From: Gammaproteobacteria bacterium
Lineage (GTDB): Bacteria > Pseudomonadota > Gammaproteobacteria > CAISUE01
NCBI GenBank assembly: GCA_021156105.1
Contig: JAJNBD010000011.1
Span: 48,654 to 112,653, forward strand
Reading direction: 5' to 3'
DNA length: 64,000 bases
Each line of letters begins with the position of its first letter. Position 1 is the stretch's first letter. The position numbers were made by a program, and so were the translations under genes. Of the stretch, positions 9,259 to 18,631 are shown in pieces. The notes under the pieces are model-generated. The model made no database searches. It was not told the DNA's origin and was given only the letters and a program-made list of their open reading frames with translations.

Positions 9259-9519
9259 TTATTCATCTTCCATTGGAATTTGCACAGGTAGCAAAGTCAC
9301 GTCGTCCAACAAAGGATATTCCACCTTATCTAGCTCAGAAACATCAACCTCATAAGTTTTGAAAAAAGCTCCACCAGGCCCACGACGAATGACACGGATC
9401 GTATAATCCTCACCATCTACGGCAATAATACGGCAGTAGCCATAACGTTCATGCCAAGCATACATACCTGGCTGGAAAACCTTCTTAAAAAGATCAATAA
9501 CATTATTATCTTCTGTCAT
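9259..9519 (-). CDS. Small hypothetical protein, possible SH3/Tudor-like fold
   Basis: RBS aagga. FQPGMYAWHERYGYCRIIAVDG resembles the Fx.G..V.H..yG.g.I pattern. Confidence 0.6.
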   Translation of the reverse strand: MTEDNNVIDLFKKVFQPGMYAWHERYGYCRIIAVDGEDYTIRVIRRGPGGAFFKTYEVDVSELDKVEYPLLDDVTLLPVQIPMEDE

Positions 9520-9531
9520 GAACTTTCCTTA

Positions 9532-10125
9532 TTAAAATAAAATATAAAAACCTAATAAAATCAAGAAGCCAGGAAAAATCCAGTGGTTATACTTTTGAAC
9601 CTGCTGGGTATTTAAAAAACGATATACCACCAATGGCAAAAAGGAAAATACTATAGCCATAACCATAAAAGCGCTAGAAAATATAGTATAACCTAAATCA
9701 CTATGATGGTAAGCCAGGATCGGGAAAAATAAAACAACATTATCAATTGAGCAACTTAGCTGAGTAAAAACATTAAGAGAAAGCTGGGATAAGAACTTCT
9801 GCTGCGCTTCTTGCCCATTGACAGGTTTTACTTCTTTGCTCATTCCATGGCATAAGAAAGCACTTGTGAAGCCATATACCCCCATCAATAGCGGAATCAA
9901 GCCCAGATAGTTCAGATATTGACTAGGAATCATCCTTTTTGACGCAATACTTAAAACTATTGTCAATGTCAGAATAACCATTGCTGCAATAAAATAGCCT
10001 AAAATGACAGCAAGTTTTTTAAACTTGCCTATAGCTAATAATGACACCTCTAAAATAAAGCTATCAATATTGGCTAAAAAATAAGCAGCCATTGTAAGAT
10101 GCCATAATGCCATTTCTGTGGCCAT
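9532..10125 (-). CDS. CadD-like (cadmium resistance, LysE superfamily) membrane transporter
   Basis: ANIDSF, YLGLIPLLMG and SIDNVVLFFP motifs; about 5-6 TMs. Confidence 0.65.
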   Translation of the reverse strand: MATEMALWHLTMAAYFLANIDSFILEVSLLAIGKFKKLAVILGYFIAAMVILTLTIVLSIASKRMIPSQYLNYLGLIPLLMGVYGFTSAFLCHGMSKEVKPVNGQEAQQKFLSQLSLNVFTQLSCSIDNVVLFFPILAYHHSDLGYTIFSSAFMVMAIVFSFLPLVVYRFLNTQQVQKYNHWIFPGFLILLGFYILF

Positions 10126-10143
10126 TAGATTCTTCCATCAACC

Positions 10144-10656
10144 TTAAAGACTTATCAGAGCTTCAACTGGAAACTCAGCTAATAATGCCCTACCCTGCAA
10201 CGACTCAATTTCCAAGGTAAATAAGCAACCACTTACCTCGGCCCCTATTCGCTTAATTAACTGGGTTGCAGCAAAAGCAGTTCCACCCGTTGCTAAGACA
10301 TCGTCAACGAGCAATATTTTCTGCCCAGGCTGAATACTTCCATGCTGCAAGCTAAGATCCGTTTCACCATATTCTAATTTGCAATGAATTTCTTCTAACT
10401 TACCGGGCAATTTTCCAGGCTTACGAATCATAACAAAACCTCTTTGGCAATAAAAAGCAAGGATTGAGCCAAAAATAAAGCCGCGCGATTCAACACCTGC
10501 AATTAAGTCAAATTCTAGATCCTTTACGCGTGTAGCAAGGTCTTGGATAAGATGCGACAACACCTTTGCATCATAAAATAAAGGTGCTAAATCATAGAAC
10601 AAAATACCAGGCTTTGGAAAATTTGGGTGGGTTTTAATATAATGGAGATATTCCAT
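10144..10656 (-). CDS. apt: Adenine phosphoribosyltransferase
   Basis: PNFPKPGILFYD, ESRGF, IRKPGKLP, LEYG, VDDVLATGGT. Start reassigned to MEYLHY. Confidence 0.95.
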   Translation of the reverse strand: MEYLHYIKTHPNFPKPGILFYDLAPLFYDAKVLSHLIQDLATRVKDLEFDLIAGVESRGFIFGSILAFYCQRGFVMIRKPGKLPGKLEEIHCKLEYGETDLSLQHGSIQPGQKILLVDDVLATGGTAFAATQLIKRIGAEVSGCLFTLEIESLQGRALLAEFPVEALISL

Positions 10657-10675
10657 TAGGGTACCTAAAATTATT

Positions 10676-11653
10676 ATGTTAAATATATTTCGCAAAAAAG
10701 ACAAATCTGAGGACGATTCAAACCAAAACCAAGCGCGTGGAGGGTGGTTTTCGCGTTTAACTTCTGGCTTAAGCAAAACTCGTCACAAGTTATCTGAACA
10801 GGTTACCTCTTTATTTCTAGGCAAAAAAAGTATTGATGCTAATTTACTAGAAGAATTAGAAAATATTTTAATTGGCGCAGACCTTGGTGTAAGCACTACC
10901 CATCATATCTTAAACACTTTAACAGCAAAAATTGAACGCAAACAATTAAATGACCCTGAAGCCTTGTTTAATGCGTTAAAGGTGGAACTGACCGCCTTGC
11001 TAGAGCCCTGCCAAAAAACGTTTGAAACAGATACACATCAGCCTTTTGTGATGCTAATGGTAGGAATTAATGGCGCAGGTAAAACAACAACAATTGGCAA
11101 GCTAGCGCATCACTTCCAAACGAATGGCAAGCACGTAATGCTAGCCGCTGGAGATACCTTCAGAGCCGCCGCAGTTGAGCAGCTGCAAGCTTGGGGTGAA
11201 CGTAACCAAATTCCTGTCATTGCACAAAGCACTGGAGCAGATAGTGCGAGTGTAATTTATGATGCTGTTCAAGCTGCAAAAGCACGTAATATTGATATTA
11301 TTTTAGCGGATACCGCTGGCCGCCTGCATACCAAAAGCAATTTGATGGAAGAGTTAAAAAAAGTTAAGCGCGTCATTAATAAAGCTGAAGCCTCTGCTCC
11401 CCACGAAATCATTCTCGTGCTCGATGCAAGTATTGGGCAGAATGCTTTAAACCAAGTGAAAGAATTTCATGATGCGGTTGGTTTGAGTGCGTTAGTGATT
11501 ACAAAATTAGATGGAACGGCCAAAGGGGGAATTGTCTTTGCAATTGCTGAGCAATTTAAAATACCCATCGCTTTTATTGGCGTAGGCGAAAGCATTGAAG
11601 ACTTGCAGGTATTTAACCCCAAAGCTTTTGTGGATGCGCTGTTTGGCGAATAA
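10676..11653 (+). CDS. ftsY: SRP receptor FtsY (short, no long acidic domain)
   Basis: GINGAGKTT, DTFRAAA, DTAGR, TKLDGTAKGG. Confidence 0.97.
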   Translation: MLNIFRKKDKSEDDSNQNQARGGWFSRLTSGLSKTRHKLSEQVTSLFLGKKSIDANLLEELENILIGADLGVSTTHHILNTLTAKIERKQLNDPEALFNALKVELTALLEPCQKTFETDTHQPFVMLMVGINGAGKTTTIGKLAHHFQTNGKHVMLAAGDTFRAAAVEQLQAWGERNQIPVIAQSTGADSASVIYDAVQAAKARNIDIILADTAGRLHTKSNLMEELKKVKRVINKAEASAPHEIILVLDASIGQNALNQVKEFHDAVGLSALVITKLDGTAKGGIVFAIAEQFKIPIAFIGVGESIEDLQVFNPKAFVDALFGE

Positions 11654-12728
11654 CATCTTTTAATAAATCCATTCCTTCGCCTGTTAACGCCGAACAATTA
11701 ACCCGCGCAACAACTTTTGCGTCAGGGTTTTGTTCTATAACAAGTTTTGGCGCCAAAACTTCAATGCAATCAATTTTGTTATAAACTTCAATGATTGGCA
11801 CATGTGTCGCGCCAATATCTTGTAGTACTTTATAAACTTCTTCGATTTGTTCGCGATAATGCGGCGAAGAGGCATCAATGACATGAAGCAACAAATACGC
11901 CTTGCTCACCTCTTCTAAGGTTGCTCGAAAAGCGTCAACCAATTCGTGAGGTAAATCACGAATAAAACCTACGGTATCTGCGAGCACGATATATTCTTGA
12001 TGAGCCAACCAGACCCGGCGTAAAGTTGGATCTAAGGTCGCAAATAGCTGATTTTGCGCATAGACGTTAGCGCGCGTCAAGCGATTAAATAGCGTTGATT
12101 TCCCCGCATTGGTATAACCGACCAGCGACACCACAGGCGTTTCAGACGCTTGACGCATCTTGCCACTTTGCTCACGCTGACGCCGAACATTTTCTAAACG
12201 CGATTTGATTTTTTTGACACGGTCACGGACTAAACGGCGGTCAGTCTCCAGCTGAGTTTCACCTGGCCCCCGTAAACCAATCCCCCCTTTTTGACGCTCT
12301 AAGTGAGTCCAGCCACGCACTAATCGAGAGGATAAATATTCTAACTGCGCAAGTTCAACCTGCAACTTACCTTCATAAGTCCGAGCACGTTTTGCGAAAA
12401 TATCGAGAATTAAACCAATGCGGTCAACAACGCGCGCGCGCCAAGCAGACTCTAAATTTCTTTGCTGAGAGGGTGTTAAGGAAGCATTAATTAAAACCAG
12501 GCCTGCCTGATGTACTTGTAGCAACTGTTTAATTTCTTCGACTTTACCTGTGCCCATGCAATATTTAGGGTCAAGCTTATAGCGCTTCACAACTAAGGAA
12601 GAAACAGGTTCAGCACCAGCGGAAACCGCTAGTTCAGTAAATTCTTGCAAAGCATCTTCTGCGGCATATTGCCCAAGATCAATGTGAACAAGGATTGCTT
12701 TTTCTGGGGAGGTAGAATGGTCAAGCAT
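11613..12728 (-). CDS. hflX: Ribosome-splitting GTPase HflX
   Basis: GPGETQLETDRR, GYTNAGKS, LFATLD, DTVGF, NKID. Confidence 0.97.
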   Translation of the reverse strand: MLDHSTSPEKAILVHIDLGQYAAEDALQEFTELAVSAGAEPVSSLVVKRYKLDPKYCMGTGKVEEIKQLLQVHQAGLVLINASLTPSQQRNLESAWRARVVDRIGLILDIFAKRARTYEGKLQVELAQLEYLSSRLVRGWTHLERQKGGIGLRGPGETQLETDRRLVRDRVKKIKSRLENVRRQREQSGKMRQASETPVVSLVGYTNAGKSTLFNRLTRANVYAQNQLFATLDPTLRRVWLAHQEYIVLADTVGFIRDLPHELVDAFRATLEEVSKAYLLLHVIDASSPHYREQIEEVYKVLQDIGATHVPIIEVYNKIDCIEVLAPKLVIEQNPDAKVVARVNCSALTGEGMDLLKDVIRQTAHPQKLWG

Positions 12729-12741
12729 GCTAAAGGAGTTT

Positions 12742-12764
12742 TACCCGCGGTTAAGGCCGCGGGT
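12742..12764. repeat. GC-rich hairpin between hfq and hflX
   Basis: acccgcgg-ttaagg-ccgcgggt. Confidence 0.5.
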
Positions 12765-12789
12765 TATATAAATTTGCAAAGCAAATTTA

Positions 12790-13014
12790 TTATTCAACAT
12801 GAAGATCTAATTTAATACTGTGAGTAGGAACCACAGTTGAAATCGCATGTTTATAAACCATTTGACTGATTGTATTTTTTAGCAAAATAACTTCATCGTC
12901 AAATGCTTCGATTTGTCCTTGTAACTTAATTCCATTTACTAAATAAATGGCAACAGGTACGTTATGTTCTTTAAGGGCATCCAAAAATGGTGGTTGCAAA
13001 TGTTGTTGAGCCAC
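12790..13014 (-). CDS. hfq: RNA chaperone Hfq (divergent)
   Basis: [11 protein letters not shown] and [13 protein letters not shown]; upstream of hflX; GTG start with aaggag RBS. Confidence 0.95.
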   Translation of the reverse strand: MAQQHLQPPFLDALKEHNVPVAIYLVNGIKLQGQIEAFDDEVILLKNTISQMVYKHAISTVVPTHSIKLDLHVE

Positions 13015-13095
13015 AGCTTTCTCCTTTATAGATTATTTTGGCTGTTTTATCCAGTTCCAAATTTTATTGTACTCTAATTTTGCAAAAAAACAAAA

Positions 13096-13341
13096 TTATT
13101 TATCGTCAGCTTTGTGACTTGTGCCTGAAACAGCCGATTCTGACACATTTTTCTTAGGCTTATCTTTAAAGTCCGTGACATACCAACCACTTCCTTTTAA
13201 CTGAAAACCACTTGCTGAGATTAAGCGATTTAAACTTTCTTGATGACATTCAGGGCAAACTTTTAATTTTTCATCAGAAATTTTTTGCATTACTTCAAAA
13301 TGATGGCAACAAGACTTGCATTCGTATTCATAGATTGGCAT
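13096..13341 (-). CDS. FmdB family zinc-ribbon protein
   Basis: MPIYEYECxxC...CPEC...FQLKGSGWYVTD. Confidence 0.9.
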   Translation of the reverse strand: MPIYEYECKSCCHHFEVMQKISDEKLKVCPECHQESLNRLISASGFQLKGSGWYVTDFKDKPKKNVSESAVSGTSHKADDK

Positions 13342-13499
13342 AGTAAGACTTCCATTTTATGCTTAAGCTTCAAACTTCTAATAAATCAAGTTAGCAATGC
13401 TAATTTTTCAGAAGTTTGAAAGCCGTGAGTATATAATTATTTTAAATATGGAGTTTGAAAAAGCGTTTTTCAAGCCTGTTATTTTATAGAGAGATTAAG

Positions 13500-14972
13500 A
13501 TGAGCTTTACAAGCGTAATGAAAGAAAAATATCCGCCTGGACTTTTAGCGCTATGCGCCATGCAAGCAACCTCCATGGTTGGTTTTATGCTAATTTTCAG
13601 CATGTCCACCTTGTATATGACCCATGTACTGGGTTTTAGTGATAAAAATGCTGTTACTCTTTTTGCTGCTTTTGGCGCAATCGTTTATGGCTTACCACTC
13701 TTTGGTGGTTTCTTAGGCGATAAATACTTAGGTTATAAATTCTCAGTTTTAGTAAGCACTATTCTCTGCGGTATCGGGCTCTTACTTATTAGCATTCCCA
13801 AGCCTTTTTTCTTTATTATAGGCTTAGCTTGCTTTTCAATTTCCACTTGTGTCCAAGTCCCCAACACTTATTGCTTAGTAGGAAATTTATACGATAAGCA
13901 AGATGAACGACGTCATGGCGGCTTTACCCTTGCCTATGTTGCCATGAATATTGGCGCTTTTGCCGCAACTTTTGGCTCTGGCTTTCTCAGCACGCACGCT
14001 GGTTATTCCACAACTTTTATTATTGGCGCTGTCATCATGTTTTCAACTTTAATTGCTTTTTTCTTGGCAAATAAATATTTTGATGATGGCTTTCGTTCAG
14101 GCGACAACACCTCGACGAAAATTATTCATGATAAAAAATCACGTATCAAAGGATTATTATTATATTTTCTTGCAATCCCTGTTTGCGCGTTAGGTTTTCA
14201 CCATCCCGATGTATGTAACAATTTAATTTTGATTGTTGCTGTATTAGCGGCTATCTATATCTTTGTTATAGGCTTTCAATATGACCCTGCACAGCGTAAG
14301 AAACTCTATGTTTTTCTTGCGCTAACAACAGTCAGCATCGGCTGGGGAGTCTTATACATGATGGCCCCCACGGTATTAACTTTATTTGCTGAACGAAATG
14401 TTGACCGGCACTTTTTAGGCTTGCTCATTCCCCCATCCAGTGTACTTAGCTTAAATCCTCTTTTTATCATCATTTGTGGCCCTATGCTTAGTTACCTATG
14501 GTTGCTGTTATCCCATAAAAAACGCAACCCATCAGGTGCTTTTAAACTCTCCTTTGGGGTTATTTTAATGGGAATTGGTTTTATACTCCTTGTCCCCGCA
14601 ATTCTTTCCGCCAATAATTTAGGGCTCACCGCCTTCTTTTGGATCATTATTAGCTATTTTTTCCAAACACTGGGCGAATTATTTGTTAATCCTGTTGGAT
14701 ATGCGCTCGCAGGAACGCTTTCCCCTCCCGGCCGTGATGGGTTCTTAATGGGCTTTTTCCAACTTGGTAGCGGTGCCGCCAGCGTTCTTATGGGTTACCT
14801 TGCAAGTGAAGCAAACCAGCTAGAAGGCATTAAAGCGCCCCTACAAACCAATAACATGTACATGCATGCATTTTGGCATTATGGGTTATATAGCATTATT
14901 CTGGGTGTCATTGCGCTTATTTTCGTACCTTACTTTAGCAAAATCATTCGCAGCACAGGCAGTAACATTTAG
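13500..14972 (+). CDS. POT/PTR family proton-dependent oligopeptide transporter
   Basis: GGFLGDKYLG, GFTLAYVAMNIGAF, LNPLFII, GELFVNPVG; about 14 TMs. Confidence 0.85.
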   Translation: MSFTSVMKEKYPPGLLALCAMQATSMVGFMLIFSMSTLYMTHVLGFSDKNAVTLFAAFGAIVYGLPLFGGFLGDKYLGYKFSVLVSTILCGIGLLLISIPKPFFFIIGLACFSISTCVQVPNTYCLVGNLYDKQDERRHGGFTLAYVAMNIGAFAATFGSGFLSTHAGYSTTFIIGAVIMFSTLIAFFLANKYFDDGFRSGDNTSTKIIHDKKSRIKGLLLYFLAIPVCALGFHHPDVCNNLILIVAVLAAIYIFVIGFQYDPAQRKKLYVFLALTTVSIGWGVLYMMAPTVLTLFAERNVDRHFLGLLIPPSSVLSLNPLFIIICGPMLSYLWLLLSHKKRNPSGAFKLSFGVILMGIGFILLVPAILSANNLGLTAFFWIIISYFFQTLGELFVNPVGYALAGTLSPPGRDGFLMGFFQLGSGAASVLMGYLASEANQLEGIKAPLQTNNMYMHAFWHYGLYSIILGVIALIFVPYFSKIIRSTGSNI

Positions 14973-14977
14973 TTAGT

Positions 14978-15019
14978 GTAGTGCGTGCGCGGACAGGATT
15001 GTTTTTCCGCACACGCACT
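14978..15019 (+). repeat. GTAG-tagged palindrome (REP-like) between convergent genes
   Basis: gtagtgcgtgcgcgga...tccgcacacgcact stem-loop. Confidence 0.55.
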
Positions 15020-15116
15020 GCTTGGAGAGGCTAAAGATGAAGAAGAAATTAGCTATATGGGTATAGATTGTGAAAGTGCCGCAGGCTTATTGATTTAACA
15101 ATTCGCGGATAAAAAA

Positions 15117-16208
15117 TTAATCAAACCTTTCCATACGGCGCTTTTTCCGTTGCCCTATCCATCCAGCTTTAGAGAATATGATTATTAACCCAATTGCAAT
15201 TATTAACATAATCGCTAAAGCCATTGGATAGCCATAAACCCAATGCAATTCTGGCATATTCCAATGAGAAACACTGTAATCGAAGTTCATTCCCCATAGC
15301 CCTGCTAAAAAACTTAAAGGCAAGAACACCGCAGAAAAAATGGTGAGAACCTTCATCACTTGGTTAATCTGATTAGAGTTACTGGAAAAGTAAATGTCAA
15401 TTAAACCACTATAGTGATCAATATAGGAATCCATCAAATTGAGGATTTCACCAGATCTTGCAACACAATGCTGAAAACCTGAAAGCGCATCTTTTCGGAT
15501 TAAACAATCCGTATCGGACAAGTCATCGATGAAGTTTAACTGCGACAAGATATCGTACTGCAACCAAATATCACGTTTTAATGCAGTTAACTTTGCTCTC
15601 TGCTGAATAAAGGTTGCCATATCAAAGCTGTTTGGATAGACGACTAAATTGTCTTCAATTTCACTAATCCCATCACCCGTGTGACGCACAACCCGAAGAT
15701 AACTATCCACACTCGATAGAAGCAGATGATAGAGCAGAAAATCAGGACCCTTTTGGCGAATTAAAAAATCACGATGCCCCAAATTCATGGTCACTTTTTC
15801 AATGTTTGAATCTAACTCCTCATGAAAGGATAAAAGGAATCTTTCTCCAAGAAAATAAGTTGATTGATGTTTTTCATATTCTAAGTCGTAAAAAGCAACA
15901 TGGCTTAGCTTAATTAGCCGATTAGAAAAATAAGTCAAATGTGTTTCATGAGTATGATCAAAAAGATGATCAAGCTGTAATTTGGCAATATTAAAAATAG
16001 TTAGCAACGGTTGAATGGCAGCAACATCAAAGCTGCCAACAACTCGCACCCAAACCGAGGGATATTTTTTTAATAAATCAGTTATGCTACTAAAATCACC
16101 GTGAAGATCTGAGCAAAATAATTCTTCATGGTTATAGGCATAAACAGAAATTAGCGGAGAGTTTTGTACTCCTGTACTTGCTGTTGTCGCTTGAACGCTT
16201 TCACTCAT
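15117..16208 (-). CDS. corA: CorA family Mg/Co transporter
   Basis: NQVMKVLT..FLPLSFLAGLWGMNF...MPEL.W.YGY. Confidence 0.9.
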   Translation of the reverse strand: MSESVQATTASTGVQNSPLISVYAYNHEELFCSDLHGDFSSITDLLKKYPSVWVRVVGSFDVAAIQPLLTIFNIAKLQLDHLFDHTHETHLTYFSNRLIKLSHVAFYDLEYEKHQSTYFLGERFLLSFHEELDSNIEKVTMNLGHRDFLIRQKGPDFLLYHLLLSSVDSYLRVVRHTGDGISEIEDNLVVYPNSFDMATFIQQRAKLTALKRDIWLQYDILSQLNFIDDLSDTDCLIRKDALSGFQHCVARSGEILNLMDSYIDHYSGLIDIYFSSNSNQINQVMKVLTIFSAVFLPLSFLAGLWGMNFDYSVSHWNMPELHWVYGYPMALAIMLIIAIGLIIIFSKAGWIGQRKKRRMERFD

Positions 16209-16218
16209 GCTTCGCTCC

Positions 16219-18573
16219 TTAATTGCGTAATGGCTTTCCTGTTTCTAACATTTGTTTTACTCGAGCTTGCGTTTTGGGGTTCTGCAATAGCTCCATAAAA
16301 TAATCCACTTCCATTTTTAAGTACCAGGCTTCATCAACAACACTACCAGCTTCAATCATACCACCACAAAGAATAGTCGCAATTTTCATCGCAATATTAA
16401 AGTCATACTCAGAAATAAATTGACCTTTCAACATATTCACAAGCATCATTTCAAAGTCAGCGATACCAGGCTTACCAATAACTGGAATACGTGCTGGCAT
16501 GGGTGGACGGTAACCTGTTGCCGCCATTGCAGAAGCTTGCTGAAGCGCAACATAGAGAACTTCGTAGGGATTCATCACAATAATATCTGACGCTCGCAGA
16601 TAACCTCGTGACTTAGCATCCATCGCGCTACTAGAAACTTCACCCATCGCGATTTGTTTAAAATAAGCCACCATATCACGGTAAGGGTTATCGCCGCGCG
16701 CTTCTTGGAATGCTCTTAATGCAAATTCTTTACAGCCCGCACCCGCTGGTAATAAACCTACGCCCACTTCAACTAAACCAATATACGATTCAAAGGCTGC
16801 AACCACACGATCGCAGTGCAATAAAAATTCACATGAACCTCCCAGCACCATACCTTTTACCGCTGCAACCACTGGGATGGTCGCAAAACGTAAAGCTTGG
16901 GATGCGCGCTGGAATTTTTCCACCACGGGACGAACAGCATCAGGACCAAATTTTGTAAACGTTTCGCCCACTTGTTTAAGGTTAGCGCCATAGCTAAAGT
17001 GGTCCCCTTGTCTTTGCCAAATCACTAATGCTTTAGCTTTTTCTTCGGCAATTTTGACTGCCGCTAAAACGCCATCAAGCACATCATCCCCAATCGTATT
17101 ATTTTTACTTTTGAAACTTAAAATACCCACTTGTTGATCTAATGTCCAAAGCCGAACGACCTCAGTCTCATACCAAGTTTCCCCTTCATTGAAGCTTTCA
17201 TCTAAAACTGGCGCAGGAAATAATTGACGCGCATAAACAGGCAGTTTAGAACGACCAACGAAAGTATTTTGCTCTGGATCATAAGCTACATTGGTTTGGT
17301 AAACCGCTTTTACCTGGTCAAGCCAATTGGGTAAAGCGACTTTCACTAAAGCTTTTCCTTGGGTAATATCTTCTTTCACAAAAGCTAATATGTCAGAAAA
17401 ACCGGCTAACTGCCATAACTCAAATGGGCCTTCACGCCAACCGAACCCCCAGCGCATAGCCAAATCAAGGTCTCGCACATTATGTGCAATATCAGCCACA
17501 TGATAAGCACAATAATAAAATAAATCACTTAAAGATAACCATAAAAACTGTGCTTGTGGGTGAGTTGATTCACGCAATTTTTTTAAACGTTGGTTTGGAT
17601 CTTTAATTTTTAAAATTGCTAATACTTCTGCATCGGCTTGTTGGCTCGCCTCACGATAAGATTTTGTTGCTAAATCGTAAACTTGAATGTTCTTGCCAAC
17701 TTTTTGATAAATACCAGCACCCGATTTTTGGCCAAGCTTACCTTGAGCAATTAAATCTTTTAAAAATTCTGGCACTTGATAATAAGGATGCCAAGGATCA
17801 TCTTTTAATTGATCTGTCATGGTTTGAATCACGTGCCCAAGAACATCAATACCTACCACATCCAGCGTTCTAAAAAGCGCGCTTTTAGCACGACCAAAAT
17901 CTTTACCTGACAACTGGTCAACAACTTCAAAAGGAATTTGCATTTCAACCGCACGATGCATCATTGCTAAAATAGAAAATACGCCAATGCGGTTAGCAAT
18001 AAAATTAGGCGTATCTTTTGCGCGAATGACGCCTTTGCCAAGCGCTGAAGTTAAGAAAGTTTCTAGCTGATCCATAATCGCTGGATTGGTGGTCAAATGA
18101 GGCGTAATTTCAACTAATGTCATGTAACGAGGCGGATTAAAAAAATGTACACCACAGAAGTTAGGCTTTAAACTATTTGGCAAAACACTCGCTAGCGTCT
18201 CAATACTTAAGCCAGAAGTGTTGCTACCCACAATGGCATCCGCATGGATAAAGGGGGCGATTTTTTGGTAAAGGGATTCTTTAATATCAATACGTTCAGC
18301 AACAGCTTCGATAATAAAATCACAATCGCTGAGTTTTGTTAAATCATCATGATAGTTTGCAGGGATAATAAAGTCTGCAATACTGGGAACACCTAACGGT
18401 GTAGGTTTTAGCTTTTTTAAATTCGCAATCGCTTTTAATACAATACTATTGGCGTCGCCTTCTTTTGCTGGCAAATCAAATAGCAAAGTCGGAATTCCTG
18501 CATTCACCAAATGAGCGGCGATTTGCGCTCCCATGACCCCAGCACCTAATACAGCTGCTTTACGTATAAACAT
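16219..18573 (-). CDS. 3-hydroxyacyl-CoA dehydrogenase/enoyl-CoA hydratase (FadN-type bifunctional)
   Basis: GAGVMG, SNTSG, HFFNPPRYM, FIANRIG; C-terminal crotonase motifs GGSCE, GLVEVGVG. Confidence 0.92.
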   Translation of the reverse strand: MFIRKAAVLGAGVMGAQIAAHLVNAGIPTLLFDLPAKEGDANSIVLKAIANLKKLKPTPLGVPSIADFIIPANYHDDLTKLSDCDFIIEAVAERIDIKESLYQKIAPFIHADAIVGSNTSGLSIETLASVLPNSLKPNFCGVHFFNPPRYMTLVEITPHLTTNPAIMDQLETFLTSALGKGVIRAKDTPNFIANRIGVFSILAMMHRAVEMQIPFEVVDQLSGKDFGRAKSALFRTLDVVGIDVLGHVIQTMTDQLKDDPWHPYYQVPEFLKDLIAQGKLGQKSGAGIYQKVGKNIQVYDLATKSYREASQQADAEVLAILKIKDPNQRLKKLRESTHPQAQFLWLSLSDLFYYCAYHVADIAHNVRDLDLAMRWGFGWREGPFELWQLAGFSDILAFVKEDITQGKALVKVALPNWLDQVKAVYQTNVAYDPEQNTFVGRSKLPVYARQLFPAPVLDESFNEGETWYETEVVRLWTLDQQVGILSFKSKNNTIGDDVLDGVLAAVKIAEEKAKALVIWQRQGDHFSYGANLKQVGETFTKFGPDAVRPVVEKFQRASQALRFATIPVVAAVKGMVLGGSCEFLLHCDRVVAAFESYIGLVEVGVGLLPAGAGCKEFALRAFQEARGDNPYRDMVAYFKQIAMGEVSSSAMDAKSRGYLRASDIIVMNPYEVLYVALQQASAMAATGYRPPMPARIPVIGKPGIADFEMMLVNMLKGQFISEYDFNIAMKIATILCGGMIEAGSVVDEAWYLKMEVDYFMELLQNPKTQARVKQMLETGKPLRN

Positions 18574-18631
18574 AAAAAATTTTCCTTAGCTTAACCGCGC
18601 ACTTACGCTTGCGGCCCTGATGGTTATTTAA

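Noticed and set aside
13391-13403. ttagcaatgctaa as a CIRCE element
   Set aside because: Lacks the TTAGCACTC-N9-GAGTGCTAA length and spacing and is not upstream of a chaperone gene.
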